DNA of 64,000 nucleotides from Schizochytrium sp. TIO01. Lineage: Eukaryota > Protista > Bigyra: Labyrinthulomycetes. The stretch is from positions 4,378,436 through 4,442,435 of the forward strand of contig SMSO01000031.1 of the NCBI GenBank assembly GCA_004764695.1. Reading direction: 5' to 3'. The position numbers and the translations under genes were made by a program. This document shows positions 37,901 to 47,489 of this stretch, in pieces. The number at the start of each line of letters is the position of its first letter. Positions within the stretch are counted from its first letter, which is position 1. The notes below the pieces were generated by a model that worked only from the letters and a program-made list of their open reading frames with translations, made no database searches and was not told the origin of the DNA.

Positions 37901-40900
37901 TTCTTTTGGTAGTAGTGCTAGATCGTCTTCATCGCGCAAAATCAGGCAATAAGAGATAGATATCCTACTCCAGTGAAATTATACGCTCCAAGACACAATG
38001 AGGCTTCACCATGTCTCCAGTTCACTCCGGCTATAGCACGTCAACATAGTTCATTAGCTGCAAATCAATAAATGATCGTCTTCAAGTTTTTTTAATGTAG
38101 TTGCATTCTCCTTAACCAGTCGAAGCTTTCTCGTACTATGTACCTATCCAAGCCTACCGGACTCCTATTTGAGCCTCCAAGACGCCACGAACGAGGTCAT
38201 GAGCTCTAATCATTTCGCTTCTATATCGTTCCTATTGTTACTACCTACAAAATCTTTCAATTATACATACTAACGTTTTCGTTGAGGGTCGCCTAGGATA
38301 GCAGAACTGCGGAATTCGGATCAAGCCTGTGCCAAGGCATGTGCCATTGCCACAAACTGACTGGTTGCACTATGCTTATCACTGTTGGATGCTGATAGGC
38401 ACCGATTCCGTATCTGTATTGGAATGTGTGGCAACTTTTCTCTGGCCTAAAGCTGCGAAGCGCCTTCTTCTCGCGAATTCCGCATAGTTTGTAACGCAGA
38501 ACTGCTGTAAAAGCCACTGCACAGCGGGTTCCGCCAAATTCCGGAATTCTTTTCTTTTCCAATTAAAACAAGACAAACCAATTTTCTGGATGACAAAGTA
38601 AGTACCTAACAACTTTCATTAGCGCTTTCCCTCAGATAGATCGCTGCAGAGTCTGATAATGATTACACTACCACTCTCGCAAGCCTAGTATAGAGAAGAA
38701 TTGCAAACAATTGAGCATGGGGAACCGAGACTGCCTCGATAGCCCTGGGTCGGGTATTATGCTTCTCTCATAACAAACCCGTGCGGTTAATACGTGCGCA
38801 TGGCTGATGACTCAGTAAGTACGGCTGAGAGCTTGGGCTGGCCCGCTTGCTCAATTGATGACATATTGATGAAATGCAGGCAAGCAACGCTTGCTTACCC
38901 GGCTCGCAGGGTGGAGGTGGGTGCCTCAGATCGGAGACACGGCGCTTCTGCCGCCTCGAACGTAAGGCGTTGCACGTGGCTGACGCGGCTTCGGCCCCTT
39001 TGCTGCGGCGAGGTACTGCACAGTCAGAGAGACCAACTTCGCAAGCGAAATAAAAAAATAAAAAAGAGAATTAATTGTAGCCACTGTTACAGAGTACTGC
39101 TGCAGGAGAAAAACAAGAAAAGGGGCTCCGCTTGGCGTAGGTAGGCCTAGGCGGAGCTCTAGGGGAACTTGATCCCTACAGAAGTCTGGCTGTCTGTGCG
39201 TGCCGTCTCAGTCAGTGGTGCTTTTCTTTTACCTTCCTGCTTTGGTTTCAAGTTGTTTTGGAAAGAGTGGAAACTGTCCAAGTCGTTTGCTATTTATTTT
39301 TAAAAGCTAGCCAACTCTAGAGAAGGAGAAGAAGGAGAAGAAGAAGGGAGCGTAAGCACTCGCGACGAGGAGGTTTTTTCTATTCACTTTTGATAGATAA
39401 GGGTACTCCTTTTAGGCGCTTGGTTTTTGAGTGCTGAGTGTGGTCGATGAGAGGGACGAAAAGGATTGACTTTTGTGGTCCCTTAGCTTTCGATGAAAGC
39501 AGAGCAGCGCGAAGCATCACCATGCCAGCTACCAGATCAGTACCTACGCGTGGAGATATGTCAAAGAACAGTTATGAAGTGGCCTGCACTGTACTGGCGC
39601 AGTTTGGCCCTCAGACGAAGCTGTTGAGTCTCCTCATGCTAGCTTGTTTGCCGACGAAACTGCTTCTATAATTCTGTCTGTTGGAGAGTTCGGGCTGCGG
39701 GGCGATTCTATACTCCCCGGCATCGTCGTTGAGTCATCCGAGAGGATAAAACAAAGTATCCACGCTAGCACGCCAGCGGAGAGCTTCTCCGCTCGCATGA
39801 GCCGGCAGTTATCCCTGTATGAGTTCAACATATCTACCCCGAAGTCTTCATCGCCAAGGTCCGTAGCCAATAAAGTCTTCGAGGCACGAGGCGGCTTGAC
39901 CCGAAGAGGGTGTGCACCTTCTTCTTTCTTTCTTTCGCGCTCTCTAGTATTTGAAAACCAGCGCTGCCTACGAGAGTCTACCCTATTTGTCCAGCTAAGT
40001 ACCTTTAAAACTTATCTCTCTCTACCTGCTTACATACTTACTTGCTTGCTTACTCCCTTGAAAATAATCTAAGCACGAGTTTCTGACTAAAAATATGCAT
40101 TTTGTGACTGCTGCGAGTCATCACACTACCATTAACACTACCATAGCCGTCGCCGCTAGCGCGTTGCTACCTACTTGCCTACTTCCCTTCTGCCTAAGCC
40201 CTCCTATGTGCTCCTACTCTCAATGAAACAAAAACACAGAACCCGAGAGAGCCTTGCCTGCCTTCCTAGTAATAGTAGCAGCTAGGCTTCTCTCTCTCTC
40301 TCTCTTTGACTTTCTTTCTTTCTTTCTTGCTTTCTTTCTCGCGACGGGTGCCGCGTCTCCAGGACAGCGGCTGCGGAGAGGCAAACGGAGCTCCGGGCAC
40401 AGCCTTGGCGGTCCCGCCTCGCCCCCCGAGCGGCGCTGAGGCCTCGGTCTCCAGCTTGTGCCCTGCAAGCCAGCCTGAAAGCGGGGCCGTCACAAGAAAG
40501 CGAGACTCGAGCGCAAACCCGTGAAAAGGGTTTTCGCCTAGCCCCTCTTACCGCCTCGCCTAGGCTTCCTGCTGGCGCGAGCTCTTTTCAGTTTGGCTAT
40601 TTTTTATAAGCAAGCAAGCAAGCAAGCTTTGAGTCTCCTTCTTTAGGAGAATTAGCTGAGCTTTAGCCAGGCTTATTTGTTTATTTGTTTATTACGTTGA
40701 TAAGAGCGAGGCGGTGAAAGTAAAAGGAAATCCTTGCGGTACGTACTACAGCTGCGACTACTTTTTTTTTAATTGTGGCGATCTTTTCAGCTTTCGATAG
40801 CTACTACTGCTAAATAAAAACTGCGTTGAGCCTAGGTTGGGTTTTCATAGAACGCCAGGGCATGCATGCGTGCTGCCTGCAAAGGGGGTGAGCGAGTGAG

Positions 40901-43900
40901 TGAGCGATTGAAAGAAGAAGTCGTTAACCCATCCATTCATTTCGCAAGATCTCGAGTCGCTCGCCTCTTTGGTTCTCACTTGCAGCGCGAGACTTTTAGC
41001 TTTAGAAAAAGCTCCCGAAGGGGCGATACTCGGTACCTATTATTTTGTTATGTCTATTCACTGCAAAGCTGGCGAAAGAAAAGGAAAGTGAAAAGAAAGA
41101 AAGAAAGCTGCAAGAAAGCAGTGGAATTTTAACATTTATGTAATGACTTTAACGATTTAATTAAATACTTCAATGAATAAATAGAAAACCTTGCGAAAAT
41201 TAGTATAAATGCTTTCCCGAACACTTTCTCCGAGCTAAAAATTCCCAGGCGGTCGTCCTATCATTATATGAGCGAAACGCATGTATACCAGATCAGGTGT
41301 ATGAAAATAAATATTTCAATTTTTGTTCTTCGAATGCAATGTGAATTGAGATGTTTGAAAAGAGTTGAGAAGAGGTGGAGCTCTTTCTAGTTTAAAACAA
41401 AACCAACACAATTAAGATCTTGCAATCTAATCTTTCTCAAGGAGCATCAGAAAGGATCAAGAGAAGCTTTCCAACTCGCGGTTTTTCACGAGCTGCCTTT
41501 AATGTGGGAACACCATCCATTTACGCAGCGAAGTGCTACCTCCAAGCGTGACCAACTGCATTGAAATCGCCACTTGCTCTGAGTGGGTGCGCTTTTTCGC
41601 TGAGCACGTGTACATTTTTGCTGCCACCATTGCGTTGGCTGAGCTTAGTTTTTACTTCATACACTCCATCGTCATATCTATCTCAATCAATTCGAAAATA
41701 TCCCGCTAACCCCTCATCTACTAAAACCCTATGGGTGCCCAAATTTCAGGCTCTGGTAGTTTTCTTTTGGTGGTGTCGCCTCCGAGTGAGTGCGCTGAGC
41801 AGTAAGCGCGTTGGTGCGCATACAGCGGACCCGGTGCATGTTGGCGTTTGCGAGGCGAAAGAGGCACGAGAAGGAACTCTGAAAGTCACAGGCGAAGAAG
41901 AAGCGCCGCGTGGGCAAACAATATTTGTTTTCTTTATTATTTATTGGCTGATTGGTTGATTTAATTTTATGTTTAGTACTTATTTACAAGATTGACTGAT
42001 GTAAGGGAAGGAGCACGCACATGGAGCAAGAGCAGTCGCCGCAAGCACTTGGAGCTGGTCGAGCGCTGCCTCAAAGCAGGCAGGCAATAAGTGGTAACCA
42101 CTTTCGAGGTGAAAAGCAACACTCCTCAGCTGGAGAATGCGTTTACAGACGCCGCCTTCGATTTCACTTCTTCTCCTTTTTCTTTTCTTTTCTTTTCTTT
42201 TCTATTTTTTGTGTTTTTCTTTTGCTTGCTAGACAGCTAGCTAGCTGTCCTAGTAGGTAATTGTTTGAGCAAACGAAAGAAAAGGAAAAGCGCCAGGGTG
42301 CATTTTACTGATGACTCTTTATGCATGCTGAAAGGCGTGCAATGAAGTCTTCTTCGATTGGCGTAAAAGAAAGAAAAGAATTAGTGAAAACAGTGAATGA
42401 ACCAATAGTGCGAAGAGCTAATTCTCTCCAAAGTTTTATTCTGTGTTGTTTAACTAAAAGATTTATATATAGTTTTTTAATAAAAATGAAAGCTAAAATT
42501 TTGAAGCCATCTCTGGCTTGCTTATTTGCCCATTAGCTCAGTGTCTCGAAAGGATAGATTTAATTTATTTTTCATGGAGTTCGATATTACGCGCGCAAGC
42601 AAGTGCGACCACACTCCGACACATAAGCTTGCTTCCAGCACCAGACAGCACCTGGCTTATCACAATCTCTCCCGGCAAGGTCGAAGGAGATAGCAAGTAC
42701 CTGCCTATCTCAATCAAAACAAATCAACTGCCTAAGTCGCTCGCGTACTTTGACGATTGTGAGTGAAGGAAGAGCTTGCTTGCTTGCTTGCTTGCTTGCT
42801 TTTTTGCTTGGCTACGGAATAAATAGGTGGGGTGGCGTAAGTTACGCGACAAGGTGTTGCCTGAGAAGAGCACGAAGATGGCATTTCTCTGACCTAATAA
42901 GCGACTAAGCGACGATTATGAGGAGTAGTGTTGTATTTATATTTTATTTTTATTTTATTTTTTCATCCCTTGTAATCTATGATGAGCGTATGATGATTTT
43001 TTAAAACTATTTTAAAACGACTAAGAGAAGAAGCAGTGAAGGAGGCTGGCGAGAGGGAATTGGCGCTGCTGCAGCTGCTGCGATTCTGATACGCCGTCGC
43101 AGCGCGCCAGGCCTGTGGCAAGACCTAATCAGTCATAAATCTGCACTCCCGTGAGCAAGGAGGATGCTGCTCTGTGTGAGGGGCTCATGCCTTCCCGCCC
43201 TCCTGAGGAGAGAGGCAGCTATCGCTATCTCTCGCGAAGGCACATTGACTCTCACTTGTTTTCCCTTTTCGTTTCTGCAAAGCACAGCTTATAAAGACAG
43301 AGAGAAGTGAGAGAGATGAAGAAGATAAGGGAGATTATGGGCACATCATGAGCAGGTCTTCTCATAGAACCCATACATACATACAGTAAAGGTGCATTCT
43401 CAATATGCACTTTGCCATCTGCTGATTAGTCTACAGGGGATAGGAGCAGGTAGGCAGCTTCTAGGCAGGCAGGCAGGCCATTAGGCCATTAGACCATTGC
43501 GGAGTCCACTTTCAGAAGTGCCTGTGGCGAGCCAGGAGAGATGGGAGGAGGACCAAGACGAGGCTGCTTGCTAGTTCCCTTGGGCTGTAAAGGCAAGACG
43601 GCCATGGCGGAGCTCTTGATGGCGATTGAGAAGGCGACGAGTCATGGATAAATGATGCGGCATATGCATTGCATCGTCATGGTGCTGTGCTTTTGCTGCA
43701 AACAAAGCTTTAAAGTTCCTTCCTCCTACAGATTGCAGGACAGGAAAACTCTTGAAAGCTACGGAGGGAAGATTGTTGGACTCTACAATCCTCCCACCGC
43801 GACTTTAAAAATGAAAGGAAACACTGCTTGCCATGACGCAGACTGCCAAGAAGATCGAGGTACCGCGAGCCTTCAAGTTAGTTGAACTCAAGTCCTCGAA

Positions 43901-46440
43901 AAGAAAGCTACGACTAGATATCTGGCTGGACAGATGGATACCTCGAATGCAGTGCTTGGTTGCCCCGACTTTTTTGGCTTTCTTGATGGTTGTATGAGGT
44001 CCAGTTCAACTCGAGGAATGCTCAATTGCATAGTAAAGCTCTCTGCAGTGCAGGATTATGAATGATTGTGGCTTGAGCAGATAATTTTATAAACAAGTTA
44101 TTCATTACTTACAAGGAAGTTCGCAAGGTGATCTGCCTGCTTCAGTTTGGCTCCACTCAAGTCAACTCCACACGACCCAAAAGGAAATGATCTCGATGAG
44201 AGGTCCAAGGTCGAGTCAGCCAGCTAGCTAGCGGATCACAAGAGTCGAAATTATGAAGTCCAGAAAAGTAGCTGGTTTCGGCTTCCTACTGCAAAGGCCA
44301 GGTCGTGCGTGCCTAACCGAAGGACTACTACTGATTTGCAAAGCGAAGATGATGACGATGCTAATGGTAGACGAGGAGTTGGATTAGGTGGATTAGGTGG
44401 TTGTCCTCGAATTCGAGATGAACATCGTGGTATCAATCGATGCAATTCGAGAAAGGCGAGGGAGGAATTCTTCTTCCATCTGCATGGATCTGTGTTTTCA
44501 TGAACATTCATTTTTTACAAAATTCATTTAATAACTTTTAGTTTATTTCTTCTACTCATAGAAGTAATGCTTGCTAACTTACTTTTCTCTTTGATTGTTT
44601 TGATAGTTTGAAAGCATTCATTCTCACGTTGATCTGCCTGAATCGAATTACTACTAGGCACTCAATCACCACTAAAGTCGGGTTGGTATTTGAAGTAGAC
44701 CAACTTACAAGAGGAAAAAAGGAAAAAGGCGTGTAGATATAAAATAAAACTAACTCAGGAATAGGAGTAACTATGGGAGACTAAGCGTAAAGACTTCCCA
44801 CCATTTCGCACTCTTTCGCAGGTGATATGAGGTAATATGGATGGGATTTTCATCCCACTACTTAGATTAAAGCTCAAACACGGCGACGCGAGATGGAAGA
44901 AGCACCTCTCCCTCCTTATTTAGACAGGCAGAAATAAAGGAAATGCAAAAACCTCGTGGTCGATGCCACTAAGATGACTTTTTATATTCGATAAGAAAAT
45001 GTTTTCATAAAGAATGGAAAAAGTAAAGCTCGATCACCCTATCTCATGGATAACTAACTACCCTTATGAAGAGTGGTCGGTATACCAGACCCGGGGCGCT
45101 GGACCCGGAAGTGCTGAAAAATAATTGAGAAGAGAAAAGAAAACAAGCTCCCCCCCTTTCCTCCCTTTATTTCTTTTACTTACGTTTTAGTCTACATCAT
45201 TTGTGGTGATTTCATCTGATTTAAACAAAAATGGGTGAAACTTTTTTTTTTTTTCAACATTTTGGGACAACTAAGTCTAGGCAGCCATTCTTTCTTTTAT
45301 TTGTTTCTGTTTGTTTGGTTTAGTTTATCGCGACTTGAAGTTCACTTCCCCCTCCTTCCCCAGAGAGGGAGAGTCGCAATAGCTGGAACGTAGCAGCAGA
45401 GAACTATGATGAGAAAATGAAAAGTGGGAAAACTACCAACCCTCCGACAAATACATTTGGCACCTGAGTGCTAAAAACGATATGAATAAAAATGTAAGTA
45501 ACAAACAACCTGAAAAAGAAAAGAGGTAAAGATACTTAGTGATATGGGTAGTAGTGCTAGACACTTCCTACTTTGTGAGATACACCGGGGCTTGTATATC
45601 GTCGCACTCGCCTCGAGTCGTCGCCTCTCTAGACTACAAAGCTCGCGCAGCTTTTTCTTTTTATTTATTTTATTTTATTTCATTTCATTTATTGGAATGA
45701 AGTGGTAGACTCAAAACTTTTATTTTATCAACATTATTTCTAATGAAGAGTGAGTGTTTCACCACATTGAAACGAAGAAGATGAAGAAGAACTGAGTTTT
45801 GATTTTTTCATTTAGGCATTCTTTTATTCTCTTGTCCTTCTCATCTGAAATAAATAAATAGAAATTAGTAAGCTACATTTTAGTTTTAGTTTTTTTTATA
45901 GTTAGCTTATATTGCATTATTGCTAAGGCTGCTTATCTTTGACTCCCTGCGATTTGTCCAAAGAAGCCGTGCTTGGGCATGCTTCGCCGCAGAAGACAGA
46001 GGTTTACACGTCACTCGCTGATGATGGCCTTCGATTTATCGTGCAAAGTGATGGAAAGGACTCTGGGTTTGCGCCAGAGTGGCCTGCGATAGGAGCTCTT
46101 TTGCAGAGGAGATAGCCTCGGCTCGCGAGGCCATCTTCTTTCAGTTAGTTTGTGTGCCGGCTGAGCTAGTCCTACGTATAGAAGTAATAATCGCTGAAGA
46201 GCCAACAGGAACAAGACAATGAATAAGAGAAAATCTGTTTTTAGTTTTGTTTTCAATGTAATTTACTTTCATTGAAAAATAAAGCATGGTTTTCTTTCCT
46301 TTTCTTTTCTTTCTTTTTCTTTTCTTTCTTTTTCTTACGAGTTGTCGAAAGGAAGAAGGCGAAAGAAGAAAAAAGCCAATGAAATAAAAGAGGGAACAGA
46401 TAGGAAGAAATAAGAAAGGAGGAGGGAAGAAAGAAAAGAA

Positions 46441-46733
46441 AACAAAGAAACCAAACCCCAAATCAGCAGCACTCGAGCACTTCACTTGAGTGAGTCAACA
46501 ACAGCAAGAACAACTACAATAAGTAGAACTATCAGCAACACAGCAGAGAAGGCACGGGTTGCTCTCTACCTGGTTGCAAGCGCTGACAAGAAAGCAAAGC
46601 AAACCCCAAACTAGACTTCCTCGGCCGCAATAGCGCCAAGAAGAACAAACAACAATAATAACAACAACAACAACAACAAAGAACTACTCAATAAAGACAA
46701 GGAAATACTCGTCAGTCAGGTCTAGTCGGCAAG
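46441..46733 (+). promoter_or_regulatory. A/C-rich, ATG-free putative 5' UTR with a (CAA)n tract
   Basis: No ATG from 46441 to 46733; CAA/AAT repeats at about 46645-46680. Confidence 0.55.
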
Positions 46734-47489
46734 ATGCAACTCCAAGAGCAACGCACCGCCTTCTCACCGGCCCGCGCCATCCCGAGGTCAAACTCTGCGG
46801 ACCCTCTTGTGCAGAGCCTTGAGCAAGTTCCTTTCCGCCCGCACGCAGCTATGGGAATGCGCTCTCCTGTGGACGATCGCCGCAGCTCCTGCTCGAGCTC
46901 CGGCAGCAGTGTCTGCTCTGCTCGTGCCCCCCTTGTGACCAAAGCCGTGCGCCAAGTTTATGTTGATGTGGATTCGGATGTGGAGGAAACCTTCTCTGTA
47001 GAGGACGTGCCCACCTGCAACCAGGCCACCTCGCCTTGCCTCAAGGGCCGCAGCGGTCTTGCCAGAGCTCTTGCCATGAGCCCTGCACCGGACTCCATGC
47101 TCTCTTCTTCATGCTCTTCATCTCCTTCTACTACACATGTTACCTCAAGGTCTCTCGACTTCACCAGCGCAAGCCCGGTTCGCGCTCACTCCACCCGCTC
47201 AGTGGCATCTGCAGATGGCGAGGAAGCCATGCTCCTGCGCCGGATTCTCAATGATGACACTGATGTTCACTTCAAGCGCTGTGCTCACTGCAAGTGCGTC
47301 TACTCTGGCCCCGAGGGCGATGGCGATGGATTCTCCATGCGCCACATGTTCTGCAGCGGCGAGTGCTACATCACCGCTTTTGCAATGCTCCGCACCAGAC
47401 GCCAGGCTGAACGCCAGCGCCGTCAAGAGCAGCGCCAGAGATTCCAATACGAGATGGATGCCACAACTGCCAGTGCAATGCGCCGTTAA
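46734..47489 (+). CDS. Small disordered protein with FCS-type zinc finger (FLZ/Ecl1-like, CX2CX19FCSX2C) and charged C-terminal helix
   Basis: 251-aa ATG-initiated ORF (CAAGATG) with C/G-ending codon bias like the other genes. It has a Ser/Pro-rich N-terminus and the motif CAHC-x19-FCSGEC at aa 183-211, and is preceded by an ATG-free, A/C-rich leader. Confidence 0.82.
   Translation: MQLQEQRTAFSPARAIPRSNSADPLVQSLEQVPFRPHAAMGMRSPVDDRRSSCSSSGSSVCSARAPLVTKAVRQVYVDVDSDVEETFSVEDVPTCNQATSPCLKGRSGLARALAMSPAPDSMLSSSCSSSPSTTHVTSRSLDFTSASPVRAHSTRSVASADGEEAMLLRRILNDDTDVHFKRCAHCKCVYSGPEGDGDGFSMRHMFCSGECYITAFAMLRTRRQAERQRRQEQRQRFQYEMDATTASAMRR

Larger units (their letters stand above)
6946..46733. promoter_or_regulatory. 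About 40-kb head-to-head intergenic region with no convincing CDS; putative extended regulatory domain
   Basis: No ORF longer than 160 aa and none with a clear intact domain. It lies 5' of both flanking genes. The regulatory role is inferred. Confidence 0.45.

Noticed and set aside
38804-38835. Hammerhead ribozyme (CTGATGA plus CTCAG/CTGAG stem)
   Set aside because: No GAAA after the stem and no stems I or III.
45406-45467. Box C/D snoRNA candidate (a second at 35513-35606)
   Set aside because: ATGATGA...CTGA is present, but I found no convincing terminal stem or rRNA-complementary guide. A snoscan/Infernal search would be needed.
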